The notes: a model not told the origin generated them from the letters alone. A stretch of 64,000 nt of DNA from Octopus sinensis (GCF_006345805.1 NC_042997.1:143778001-143842000), one strand, 5' to 3'. Shown: positions 34,411 to 48,700, counted from the first letter of the stretch. Made by a program: numbers and translations.

Positions 34411-34914
34411 CTGCTTCAACACAAGATTTCACATCGAGAATTTTGCAAACCAAATACAAAAACGAAATAATTTTTATACTAGTGAAATAACAACTACAAA
34501 AAAAAAAAAAACAAAACCCAAACAAACCAAACGTTTCAATATTTGTTCAGGATGGAAAACTTATATCATCTCTTGCTGTGTTTTCGCAGCTAAGCTGAGG
34601 CTTGGATTTAAATAGTCTCAAATCGAGCTTTTCATTGGGTAGATTTTCAAGAATAAACATTAGTTTATTTAACTCCAACGATGTTATTAAAAATACTACA
34701 AAAGATTCGGTCCTATAAAGAAATTCTATTTAAAGTAGCCGTGCACTATAGTAAACAGATGTTGCAGTGTGAGTGTTTGCTAAACTGATATCAATGAAAA
34801 TACTTGAGCAAATGTAATAAGATATCACTATAACAGCAACGGACACCATAATAATTGCTAACTACAGTTTGCACGCCATTATTCATTATAATTTTTATAA
34901 TTCGTTCTCGTGGT

Positions 34915-34985
34915 GGCTTCGTAGCTCAGTTGTTTGAAAGGTCACTTTAGTATGCTGAAAATCAAAAGTTAGAAACCTTCCTAAC
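34915..34985 (+). pseudogene. Decayed tRNA-Thr copy
   Basis: GGCTTCGTAGCTCAGTTG 5' end recognisable, 3' half eroded; homologous upstream flank. Confidence 0.65.
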
Positions 34986-35784
34986 AATCGTGAACCCAAT
35001 ACTCCTAACCACAAAGTTACGCGTCATCGAGTAACGAGGACGCCACCAATCCCGAGGATCTAATCTTCGTTATAATGATCACGAGCCTAACAACTCACAA
35101 CCACAAGACCACGAACCTTCATCCCTGTAGATATGGGAGGCAAGAAATAGTTTCCTTTTTGGAAAACAAACCCAAGCAAACATGTGATCAAAGACATTCC
35201 TATAAAATAACGTTCCATCATCCATTTAAACCAGACATGGGGGCAATCTTGTTCGAGAAGCGGGCCACAAGAGATTTAGCTCGTCACTAGGCGAGCTGGA
35301 CTATTAAAATTATTTATGATATTTTTTCGTTAGGCGCGCTATTCAGAAAGACCTGCGGGCTGCAGTTCTTCTGCGACTGACTTACACAATACATATAGGA
35401 ATACATTTTGTCGAATTACATGTTCTTCTTTAACACTATAATTTAAGATGTGACAGAGATTTGGCTGTTAATTCTAACAGATCGATTGACCACTCGTAGT
35501 AGTATTTCAGAATAGGGACTTACTGCATTAACAATAATCAGATAATATATTTGATCGAATCCGAAAATACGAAAGGTAAAGATTGCTTCAAATATAGAGA
35601 CAGAATAAGAATAACGGTTAATATCTGCAGAAAAGTTTCATGTCCCATCAAGGTCAGTTTTGACGCTTGCCTTTCAAATTTCTGAAATATCCTTATGTAC
35701 CTTCTACCAAATTTTAGGTCATACTCTCATGAAAAAATTTGTATCAATGTCACTTATTTTAGGCGGGGAAAAAATCTATTGATT

Positions 35785-35858
35785 CGAACATCTAATGATT
35801 CGAACCTTCGATCTCCAGTTTACTAGACTGGAGCTGTAACCAACTGATCTATGGAGTC
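35785..35858 (-). pseudogene. Decayed tRNA-Thr(AGT), 3' acceptor strand lost
   Basis: GACTCCATAGATCAGTTGGTTACAGCTCCAGTCTAGTAAACTGGAGATCGAAGGTTCGAATC, then a second GTTCGAATCA. Confidence 0.85.
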
Positions 35859-36154
35859 ATACAAGAGAGGTTATTTATAATATTTGATATGATGTTGACA
35901 GCTATAACATAAAGCAATATTCTATCTGATGTTCAAACTATCAAAAACTGATAAGGGAAAATATGTTTAATGACAACAAACAAATAAAAACAGTAGGTTT
36001 AGGACTGACAGAGAAGAATAAATGTCATGAACGGGATAATTCCACTGAACGATAAGAGCAGTGGGTTAAGGGATGAAAGAGAAGGATAAGCCTCATGTGT
36101 TAATTGCAGGAATCGAAATGGGTTTCTAAAGGTAATATAGGCAGTGAACAAGAT

Positions 36155-36320
36155 ATCGAGCTGGCAGATTCGTTAGCACTCCGGGCAAACTCCTTAGCGG
36201 CATTTCGTCCGTCTTTACTTCCTGAGTTCAAATTTCGCCGAGGTCGAATTTGACTTTCATCCTTTCGTTGTCGATAAAATAAGCACCAGTTGATTACTGG
36301 TAAGACGATCTCATCGACTT
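36155..36320 (+). mobile_element. SINE family A
   Basis: CGAGCTGGCAGA head, B box and body. Confidence 0.85.
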
Positions 36321-37102
36321 ACCAGTAATCTTACCTTCTCCTCTAACCCTCAAACTTATTCTATATTTCCTGTATCCCCTCTCATTCAATCTAAAAAGAA
36401 AAAAAAACACTTGTGTGACCTGATGTCGGCACCTTTAAATTCTTACGTTCTCTATACTTTATTTACCCTTGTATCGCTTAGTATGCCGTCTTGTAAAACC
36501 GTCCCACCAAGACCAAGTTCAAATTACCAACCACTTCGACTGAATCTCTACCAACTTTATTTACTATATCCTATGAAAACTCGCAAATCTCTGGTTGTCA
36601 TCTAGTTGATGGCTGGTATCTAGTTGATGGCATTGAGATTACTAGATTGATGTTCGTAACAACACACACTCTCCAAACCCATAGTCGGACATTTAGATTC
36701 ACCAAGTCACTTCTTTGTTTCCTTTTTATTTTCCGGTGTCACATTACATCCTTCTCCGCGTTACTCTCACCAGCACTAGGGACATTCTTGCCCTAAGACA
36801 TTGATGAATGTTTCACATTCTCAAAACTCAACCACACTCTTTTTAATATGCTTGAATTTGGCAAACTCCTATTATATTATATATTAGCTTTACTTTTTCT
36901 ATCCTTAACTCTCTTCTTCGCTTTTAAATTTGTTCCTGCTGACCATAGTTTAGTTCTCTTCCTGATCTTTAGCACTTACCTTCCTCATTTTCCAATATGC
37001 TACAATTCCTGTTGGTTATCTCTCCCTTTGTTCGCTGATCCTCTGCCAACACGCAACTCGCATTGAATGAAATTCCCTTCTACCCTACCATTTATTCCTT
37101 GC

Positions 37103-37150
<48 letters not shown>

Positions 37151-38308
37151 TCCCATTGTATATATTTGGTATCATAAAAATAAAGCAATACTCTCCTACG
37201 AAGAGTCGATGCCTGAAGTTTTAGATTTTCCCCTTCTTCATGGTAAACGAATTTATGCCACTTTTGAAATGTTTCTGAGAAAATAGTTATATCATTTCAT
37301 TAAGGCCTACTGAGCGCCATAAACTATAAGAAATATTTTGGTGGTGAATAAGAACACACAATGTTTTATATTCATACATGAATTACTTTGGCTGTTAGTT
37401 GTTAACTATATTATACAATTCTGAAGGGGTTAAAGGCTCTCATTAGCTCATCGACAGGAGTTTTCAAATGAAGAAAAAAAATTAATTTAGTTTCGTTTCT
37501 TGTTTACAAACTTACTGATTCACTACAGAAAAGTCAACAATCAAACTGAATAAAGAGGGAAGTTCCTGGTAACGAAGCCAGAATGTGTATATAAGAGCGA
37601 CATTATTGGAAAAGCTGGTAATTGGAAGAAATTACCACCTTCCGGCATCACTCAGTGAAATACAATATTTACATAATTCTTCACGAGCTCTATTTCTCTC
37701 TCAACTATTTCTCGTGTTTTATGCAATGCATCTCATTCAGCATTTCACTTCCAATATTAAAATTCCCCAAAGGAAATAGTCATTGCTGATTTGGTTAAAT
37801 GTACGAAATGCACCTTTCAAGAAAGAAAACACTTCCTTTCACCGCTCTATTGAATATGGACGTAATCTAATAGAAGATTTATAGTTATTTTATTCTTGTC
37901 TGCCTTTAGCGATATTCGTGAAATTCACCAGACAAAATATGTTAATATTTGCAACAATATTGCTTGATTAATTTAAATGGATAAAACATGGTAAATTTCA
38001 TATAAAAACAACAAATTTTCCATGAAATTGATCCTACAACAGTCGCAATAATGTGGTTAAGGAGTGCTCTTCAGGACTTCATAATCCTGGGTTCGATCAC
38101 GCTACGCGCCACATTGAGAAATTATTCTTTGCAAAAGACTTAAGACGACCAACGCTTTGGGAGTGAAATTCGGTCGACAGAAAGTGTATGGAACATGGTA
38201 TATATATATTTTATTAATATACATATAAACTCTGTCTTTACTATGCATCGAACTGAACGTGTTTTGATTTTCGCTATTTAACTGCTACATACATACATAC
38301 ATACATAA

Positions 38309-38560
<252 letters not shown>

Positions 38561-38594
38561 TATATATATACATACACAAACATATATATCTACG

Positions 38595-38676
<82 letters not shown>

Positions 38677-38687
38677 TATATACATAT

Positions 38688-39260
38688 ATACAAAATAAGA
38701 AAATGGAGAATTACATCTAAATCAAATATCGATTACCAGATAATACTCAATCACATACTTTATTAAACCACCATATAAGAAACTGTAAGGACAAACATAA
38801 TAAAGTAGAACAAAATAGTGTACATAAAGGATGGCCGAAACAGCTGTAAGATGTAGTCTATATCTATACTTATATTTACTTATTTTTACATTATCTTATA
38901 CATATTGTACTTACTGTATAATATTACTCCTTTATGTACACTCCTTTATGTACACTATTTTGTTCTACTTTATTATGTTTGTCCTTACAGTTTCTTATGT
39001 GGTGGCTTAATAAAGTATGTGATTGAGTATCATCTGGTAATCGATATTTGATTTAGATGTAATTCTCCATTTTCTTATTTTGTATTATGAATTTGTGGTA
39101 AAACATTTTACCTTTGCCCATATAATACAGTAAGTGAATTAACTGCATCGCAATTATTAACATTTATGTATTAACTTTGATGGGTACTTAACTAGCGGTA
39201 AATTGGATATATGTTATCCCATGGAGGGTTGCATTTACAACCCCTATCTCAATTTGTAAA
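38688..39260 (+). mobile_element. Penelope-type terminus with 144-bp inverted arms and half a hammerhead
   Basis: 38688-38831 pairs with 38942-39085 (3 mismatches); GGCCGAAACAGCTGTA at about 38833; bounded by (TA)n on both sides. Confidence 0.65.
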
Positions 39261-39291
39261 TATACATATATATATATTTATATACATATAT

Positions 39292-39408
<117 letters not shown>

Positions 39409-42400
39409 TATATATACATGCATACATACATATATATACATTCCTCCCTCTCACCCTTCCCCTATCTCTCTCCCTCTCTCGCCATATATATATATATTAT
39501 TAATATTTAGCAGAAGTAGCAGAGGGACTCAAGGGACAAGAGTTTCGTGCGTCAGCGCTTTTCAAACTAGTTATCAAACCTGTAGATACATACATATACA
39601 TACATACATACATACATACATACATACATACATAAATACATACATACATACATACATACATACATACATACATACATACATACATACATACATACATACA
39701 TACATACATACATACAAGCATGCATACATACATTCCAGATATTCACTGTTTCACCGTTGCAAAAACTAAAAGCACTTTCAAATCGTAGTTTCTGTATTAT
39801 CTACTTTATTGGCTCGTGGGGATGCTTTCTTAATGTACGGTGTATCTTGGGCATTAGAGTCTTGGTGGAACCTTATCTCTTTCCAGATATGGCCACAGTC
39901 AATTTTATCTACAAGGAGAGAAAGCGACAGAGATCATGGAATGAGCTACGGGAAAAGAAATGAGAAAATGTGAGGTGTATGTTTTACCTTTATACACCAG
40001 CCACATAAATAAGAGTGGTTTCTTTCACCTTTAGGGAAACAAGAATGTACTTTTGCCTAACCCAGAACACTCGCTTAAACTTCAAGCATAAAAACAGAAA
40101 CAGAACTAGCAGTAACAAATTAACAGCAGCCCCTCCTAGTGATGGAAATTCTAAATAACTACAAAAGGAACCAAACATTTTAAACAGGAATAATACAATA
40201 TTAGAAAACAGACTACACAAACTGTAAAATCTCTCAGGTGATAATGTAAAACAAATGTTTTAATCAGGTTTCTGCATTTTTTAATCAATCCGTGATTAAT
40301 TATTTCCTTTGTTTTACGCTTCTTTAATCTTTAATTAATTATCATAAATATCAAGTTGGTTGGTACAAAGAAGTGATAAAAATAGTGTTCTAAAATAGAT
40401 TAAACAGAAAGATTTCGGCTGGACTTAAGGAAGAATGTATTCTTGGGATGTTAATAGAGTAATGGTTATAAAACAAATGTATAAAAAAGCATTTTGGAAG
40501 AAGCTTAATAAAGGAATAAATTTTAACAGAAAACGGATAACATGGTTACCTCCTTGAAGCACCATACGATACATCAAATATTTAAGCCATTCCTATTGTA
40601 ACTTTATTTCCCTAACCTTTTTCTTTTATAACATGTTTATTTTATTTAATATATTATTCCATTTGCGATATTAATATTGCCTGCAGGAACAAGTTGTGAC
40701 TGATTTGATAAATGTACAGTGACTTTACTCGATGCACTTTTAAAGAAAGAAAAACTCGTACCTTTTCGGTTTTTCGAGTGTCAGCTTAACTAATGTAAAA
40801 TTCGTTTCTTTTCGTTGTTTCTGCCTTCAGGAATAGTTGTGGAAATCACTCACCAAATTACTCTTGTTTCCATCAATGTAATTTTGGCACATCAATGTAA
40901 TGTTTAATTGTTAATTTCCAGTTCAAAATGGAAAAAAAAATTACATGCATTTTTGCACAAATTTATACTTTCGTATACATCAGGAAGCTTTTAAAGACAA
41001 CTGCTATAATTCAAAAACTGCTGAAACTCCTGTAGATTTACAACGTTGCTTAAAAATAACAGTAGAACAATTCAAATCGTCAGAAAATGTGAGAAACAAG
41101 TAACTATTCACTTTTTTTTAATGAGAAGATTATAAGGATAATTTTCTAATAATTTCTAATACTTATGCAAAGTCACAGATCAAGAAGGAAACAATAAATT
41201 TCATTAAGCCCAGGACTTCAGCAGCTCTTATCTTCATCGAACCTGAAAGGAAGAAAAGCAAATCAAACCACGTCGGTATTTGAAATCATGGCTTAGAAAT
41301 AAAGGTAACTAGATGAGATGGCATTTTGCCTTGTATTCTACTTGTTCAGCCAGGAAACAACCTTGTTTTGTGCAATAACGATTTCAGAACGACATAATGA
41401 CTGGGAGGGTGAAGAGGTGTCTAAAGGACAATATTTTTTACAGTAAAATATAAACCCAAAGAAACAAAAAACAAAACAACAAAAAAAACAAAAACAGAGC
41501 AACATTTAAAACTAGGGAGTGTGGAAAATCTGTACATCTACAGTTGAATCAGAAAAGGATGGCTAGCGCCAATACACGACCAATTTCAGGGTCACCAAGA
41601 CTTACAGAAGGAATTGAGTAGGAGTGAAATTACCCTTAGACCGGAAACCTGCTGTCAGCAGGGTGGACGTCACTAAAGACATCGAAAGTGGACAAAATAT
41701 GCGTATCACTCCAAACAACTTTCGCTCACAAGGGTTTGGTGGACTTTAGCTTTGGTAGAAGAAACTTGCCTAAGGTGCAGTGCAGTGGGGTAGAACTAGA
41801 AACCATGTAGTTGTGAAGCGAATTTGTTAACTATACAACCATTCCTGCATCTTAAACATACAACAGCAATAATCTTCCGGTCGTTTTTCAGTTTAAGGGC
41901 TGAAGAGTTGGTAACAGTTCTGATAAGAAACGGTCAGTGTCTGGCCAGAAATTACTCCACGAAAAGCTTTCTTCTTGATTTTGGTTCCTCCTCTGCAGCT
42001 GACCTTTACAACGGGCGTCTCTAAGTATCTATGTTTTGAACATAGAAGGGAAAAACACTCAAAATGTTAACAGATCACAGAAAATATCAGATAAAACATG
42101 ACCTGCAATTATTATAAATTAATTAAATAGCAGTCACAAAGAAACAAAAATTATCTTGTTTCAGAATGCTCAGTCAACGAAAATCAGATAAATGAACTGA
42201 TGCAACAGAGTTGGTTGGGACAATGTTAATATTGTAAAGAAATGACACAGAAAACTGAAAATATCAATGATAAAGACACATACCATTAAGTGTTTGAAGA
42301 TTAACAGAAGCATAGAAAAATATATATTATAAATGGTAGAAAAATATATATTATATAAAAATTATATAATACAAATATTAAAAATACATATTATATAAAC

Positions 42401-44155
42401 AAATATATATTATAAATCAAAAACACTATATTATCCTACATATCCAAGCCTATTCCCCATTTTAGGAGGGGTAGTTACAAGACACATACCAGGCATTCCA
42501 TTCATTTCGCAGGTCATGGAATGGAATAATAAATAAATATGAAATACATATAAATATAATTATATATTATATAAAAATTATATATTTTAATATAAAATTA
42601 TGTATTTATTATAAAAACGATATATCATAAAAATGATATATTGTCATACATGTGAACAAACAGAAATGAGAAAGCAAATCTGTTAGAAATAAATATTAAA
42701 GGTCACAAAAGTTTTAAAATGTCTTTTTATGGGTGTTTCGATTTCTGAATACAAGAAGAGTTTCCTGGAAGAACAGAAAAACTGTCGAAGAATTTCCTCT
42801 CATATAAAGAATATGTATGGAGAGTGTGTAGGGAATGAAAGTACGAATATTCTGAGTAATCTTTGATTCACATAGTCTAATAAAAAATATAGAAATGTAT
42901 AAATTGGTAAGATACGAACTACCACCCTACCACCCCCACCACCATCTTTATCATCAGCTTAACGTACGAGTAAGAACAGTTTTAGGTACATTGCACACAT
43001 TAAGCATAAATCTATTATTATTTCCATATATATATATATACACACACAAACAGAACACACATGAAAAGACGCACACAATATATGTGCTAACCCGTTTACA
43101 CATGATGTACATAGATGCGCATTTCATTCGGTGATGGAGCGGATGCATGCAAACCTGTAATACTGTAAATAACGATGATAAAAATAATAACAATGATAAT
43201 GTAAAAAAGGAGAACAAAGTCATGGAGAAAAAAAAAAACAGAAATTGAGTTAGAAGGAAAGGAAACTTTCTCATGTTAGAAAAACTGCATTAATTGCAAA
43301 CAACAATCAATATTTAGCAATAAATTGCTTCTAACTTCAGAGAAATGAACTGAATACCTGTTTTTGTGTGTTTTTTTATATATTTCTGCCCATAACATCT
43401 GCAGAGTTAATTAAAAATTCCAGGTTGGTTTTCTTTTCCTTCTGCCGGGAACAAATAACCTGCTGGATTGAAGGGAATCGATGCGGTAGAACAGTTTGCC
43501 GCTATTTTATCTTATTTTTTTTCGTGTACAAACCGAAATTTTTGTAGCTATGTCATGTCATGGCGTATGGGGTCGCTATGTTTAATAACTTGCTAAGAGA
43601 TTTGCAATGTTTTTTTCAACCAATTTCAGAGAAAGATTCTGAATCGTCCCTTTCTTTTCCTTTTGTCTTCTTGTTTTTTAATATTTACAATTCTTCCACT
43701 CGCAGTTTCTCTTGCTCTTTCCCATTCTTGCTCACTCACACACAAATTTTCTCTCTTTCACCCTCCATCTCCTTTTTCCTAAAGTATTTACGCATTATAT
43801 CGCAGTTATAGTTTATATCCTAGTTACAATTATATAATAGATTCGGAATTTTTCAACCCTATAATATACCATGAATTTACGTTATATCACGGTCTGATGT
43901 AATATCAGTAACGCGTAAGCTTTCATGCGTTATCAATCTCACGATATTTGACGAACTGATATTATATAATAGGATGCTGTATCAAAGTCTTGCGTGGAGT
44001 CACATCTCTCTTTCGTACATCCGTACTAATATAACGAGTTTATGACATTCTGTAGATTCTTGCTAGTTTCAAAGCTTTGTAAGTGGATTTGATAGACGGA
44101 AACTGAAAGAAGTTCGTCGTATATATATATATATATATCTCATTTTATAACCTAT

Positions 44156-44306
<151 letters not shown>

Positions 44307-44313
44307 TGTATAT

Positions 44314-44560
44314 GGCGTAGGAGTGGCTGTGTGGTAAGTAGCTTGATTACGAACCACATGGTTCCTGTTTCAGCGTGATACAGAGTGTGACAAGGCCGGC
44401 CCTTTGAAATAAAGGTACAACTCATTTTTGCCAGCTGAGTGGACTGGAGCAACGTGAAATAAAGTGTCTTGCTCAAGGACACAACGCGTCGCTGGTAATT
44501 GAACTCACAACCTTACAATCGTGTGCTGAATGCCCTAACCACTAAGCCACGCGTCGTCAC
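44314..44560. mobile_element. SINE B head (+) joined to SINE C (-)
   Basis: GGCGTAGGAGTGGCTG to about 44373, then the reverse complement of family C. Confidence 0.8.
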
Positions 44561-44768
44561 GCACCTACACATCATATCCACAAGATATCACACATCAGGT
44601 GGGAAGTGCAAGATCGAATAGGCTGGCGAGTGATTACTTGGGTTTTAGATTACTTGAGAATTTAAGGATTGTTTCGGATATGTTGCGTATTCTTCGAGAT
44701 AATGAACGTTTCATTTTGCTTTTCTATTTTTTTTTGAGGAAGTTAAAGATAAAACAAGAAAGTGAAAG

Positions 44769-44981
44769 AGGAGTGACTGTGTGGTAAGTAGCTTGCTTAC
44801 TAATCACATGCTTCCGGGTTCAGTCCCACTGCGTAGCAATTTGGGCAAGTGTCTTCTGTTATAGCTTCGAGCCGACCAAAGCCTTGTGAGTGGATTTAGT
44901 TGATGGAAACTGAAAGAAGCCCGTCGCTCCTTCGGGCTAAAACATTTTTAAGGATTTAAGGATATATATATATATGTGTGT

Positions 44982-45022
<41 letters not shown>

Positions 45023-45240
45023 AGTTTGTGTGTCTGTGTCCCCAGCCTCAACATCACTTGATAACATCCCTGGTGTATTTACGTCCCCGTAACTTAGCGG
45101 TTCGGCAAAAGAGACTGATAGAATAAGTACCAGGCTTACAAAGAATAAGTTCTGGGGTAGATTTGCTCGACTAAAGGTGGCGCCCCAGCATGGCCACTGT
45201 CAAAATGACTGACTCAAATAAATAGAAAAATAAAAGAATA
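44769..45240 (+). mobile_element. SINE family B
   Basis: Colinear with 6776-7201; internal (TG)n. Confidence 0.9.
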
Positions 45241-45261
45241 ATAACAATGAATAATACTGGC

Positions 45262-45585
45262 ATTCCGTCGCTTTTGAGGATGAGCGTTCCGGTTGAACCG
45301 ATCAACGGAACAACCTGCTCGTGAAATTAACGTGCAAGTGACTGAGTACTCTAAAGACACGCGTAAACTTAAAGTAGTTCTTAGAGTGATTCAGTGTGAT
45401 ACAGCATGTGACAAAGCAGGCCATTTTTGAATTATGGATACTAATCATTTTTGCTAGCTGAGTGGACTGGAGCAACGTGAAATAAAATATCTTGCTGAGG
45501 GACACGATAACACCGCTGGGTATCGAATTCGCGATTGTAAAATCGCGAGTCGAACACCTCCTAACCACAAAGCCACACGACTTCA
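45262..45585 (-). mobile_element. SINE family C
   Basis: Reverse complement of the 25802-26122 family. Confidence 0.85.
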
Positions 45586-46262
45586 TAATCACAATAAAGG
45601 CACTACTAAATATGTATTCGGAGAAAGTATCCACAAGTAGCCATAAATATGTATAAAACTTTTAAACATTATGCAACAATATCCTTCCCAACAGATAAGA
45701 CCTTTTTATATCTTTCCCAGTAATTTTTCATTTTATTTTTATATTTGTTCTTTATTTTCTGTATGCTAAATCTACTCCTTTTGCTCAACGTCGATATTTT
45801 AAACAAATAAATGCATAAACTTGAACACTATACAACAGATATAACACAATCCACTGTTTCAAATCTTTAGATTCCCAAGTAATCCATAACAATTTCGCTC
45901 AATAATTACATTAAAATTTTTCCCGCTCATTAAACTTTTTCGATTTAACTTTTAACCCCTTAAATTTCGTATTTTAAATTAGTTATATTTTGAATTTAAA
46001 TTTTACGTTATCAATATTCCATTTTTATAGTTTAAAATTTCCTTTCGCTAAAAATTGAATGCTTAAATTCTCAACAGAGCGGACAGAGACACGTTTTAAT
46101 GAGATCCACGCACGCAAACGCTAAAAGATGGCCAAGTGACTTCAACAGATCATAAACACTCCAATATAATTTACATCAAAAATACATTTGAAAAAAAATA
46201 CCTCAGACCTCCACGTACAACAACCACTCCCGTCTTAATGGTTTCATGAAGTTCTTTTGAAC

Positions 46263-46264
<2 letters not shown>

Positions 46265-46349
<85 letters not shown>

Positions 46350-46430
46350 CTATATATGTATATTTGTATGTATATATTTATGAGTATGTATACGTATGTA
46401 TATAAATACTTACACATGTGTATATGTGTA

Positions 46431-46463
<33 letters not shown>

Positions 46464-46681
46464 GTCTGTCTGTCTATCTATCTACCTATCTAACTATATA
46501 TATATATATATATAAATATATATACATATATATTATATATATATATAAATATATATATAAATATATATAATATATATATACATACATATATATTTATACA
46601 CACACACACACACATATATTTATACACACACACACACATATATATATGCATATATGTATATACATATATACATATATTTAT

Positions 46682-46731
<50 letters not shown>

Positions 46732-47011
46732 AGCTTACGAAACACATGCATTAAGTATACATGTGTTCGTGTGAATATATATATGTATGTGTGTGTAATT
46801 ATATACACACATACATATATACACATACATACATATAATTTATACATGCGTTTCGTAAGTTATCTAAACGTATGTATAAAAAAGAAAGAAAATAATGAAA
46901 ATAGGGAAGGTTGTTGTAAGTGGAGATGCGAGATATTGTTTACTATATAAATAAATACACACACACACTCACTCACTCACACACACACGCACACAAACAC
47001 ACACATACACG

Positions 47012-47045
<34 letters not shown>

Positions 47046-47115
47046 AACAGACACAAACGTATAAATTACGTGTATATATATACACATATACATACATATA
47101 CAGTATCTCATTCTG

Positions 47116-47185
<70 letters not shown>

Positions 47186-47355
47186 TATATATACATATAC
47201 ATATACATATATGCATATATTGCATATATATATATATACACATAGATATAGATATATATACGTATATGTGTGTGTGATATGAACATTCACACACGATTGT
47301 ATAATGTGTGTGTATATATTTGCATATAATGTATTTGTGTGTTTGTGTATGTGGG
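46265..47355. repeat. Compound (TA)/(CA)/(TATC) microsatellite field; similar fields at 38285-39735, 44120-44312, 52980-53078 and 61385-62230
   Basis: Read directly. Confidence 0.97.
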
Positions 47356-47968
47356 TGTATTTATTTATCAAATTTTTTTTTATCATTTCTTCAAATGCCT
47401 CCATTGTTTCAATTGTTTATTTTGCTAATTTTAGCTTTCCGTAACTGCTTTGAAGTTTTTAACAGAAATATTGAAATATTTCCGAATTTTCTCCAATCCT
47501 CAACGTCACGTTTCAAAACAGAGTATATTTTTCTCTGCTGCATAAGGGAATGTTATCTAAATAGTAATTTCTTTCCAACTATATTTGTAAGTAATGCTGA
47601 AATTGTATACACGTTATCTACTATATTACTCTATTATCGAAACCTTTTATCGGTCACTATTTATGGTTATATATTGTTTTGTTAGTTTATGATTTATTTT
47701 TAATGATTAAACAATGTCTTTTTCGGTTTTGTTCCTGATTTAAAACAATTTTTCAGTAGGTCTTTCCTGAGCATGAAAATACATCACATGATTTCCCGCA
47801 TACGGCTTTTTTTAATGCTTTTTCTTTTTTACTTTGTATATTTTGATGTATTGGTGTTTGAAGTTAATATTTTAACCATTATTCTATGAATTATCAATAG
47901 TAAAGCAAAGTTAGTCAAACTTGTAGTCAAGCTACATACATACATACATACATACATACATACATACA

Positions 47969-47999
<31 letters not shown>

Positions 48000-48155
48000 T
48001 GTTGAAATTTACAGAAAAACAAAAGACGAAGACAGGTGTATAAACAACAAGCAGGTGTATTAGTTTGACGCTCGTGAAAATGAGAAAGTCTTTTACGTTT
48101 CGAGCCTTCGCTCTTCAACAGAAAGGAACACGATGAAATAAACAGAGAGAGAATA
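48000..48155 (-). mobile_element. Solo Penelope-type 3' terminus with hammerhead motif at 48090-48125
   Basis: Homologous to 53079-53235; minus strand CTTT-CTGTTGA-A-GAGC(GAAG)GCTC-GAAACGTA-AAAG; abuts (TACA)n. Confidence 0.8.
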
Positions 48156-48490
48156 TATTTCGTTCTGAAGTTTGATGGTTTAAGCAGTGACAGCCGAGGA
48201 AAGAGATGAAAAAGAAGGAGGGGAAGAAGAAGGAAGAAGCAGAGGAAGGACAAGAAAAAGTAGATGGAGAAAACGAAGAAGTAGTAGTAGTAGTAGAAGA
48301 CGGGATTGGTATGACCCAGTAGTAGAAGCTGTCCGTGAAATCTAATGGTCAAGTGATCTAAAAGTGACCTGTTGTGGTTGTAGCAGTAGTAGTAGGAATT
48401 GTTCTAAATAAATTCATCGGTAGCGACTGTTCTTAATACATCTGTTGTTTTTAATATTTGCGTGGGTATTATTCTAGAATAATTATGTTT

Positions 48491-48700
48491 GGCGGCGAGC
48501 TGGCAGAAACGTTAGCACGTCGGGCAAAATTCTTAGCGGTATTTTGTCTGCTACTACGTTCTGAATTCAAATTCTACTGAGGTCGACTTTGCGTTTCATC
48601 ATTTTGGAGTCGATAAATTAAGTATCAGTTGTATACTGAGGTCGATCTAATCGACTGGAGCCCCCCTCAAATTTCAGGCCTTGTGCCTATAGTAGAAAGG
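48491..48700 (+). mobile_element. SINE family A inside a 109-bp inverted repeat
   Basis: TSD ATTATTCTAGAATAA on both sides. Confidence 0.9.

Noticed and set aside
36400-37080. Possible CR1/L2 3' remnant; also a possible transposase N-terminus near 40930-41100
   Set aside because: Only compositional hints, with no motif strong enough to call by eye.
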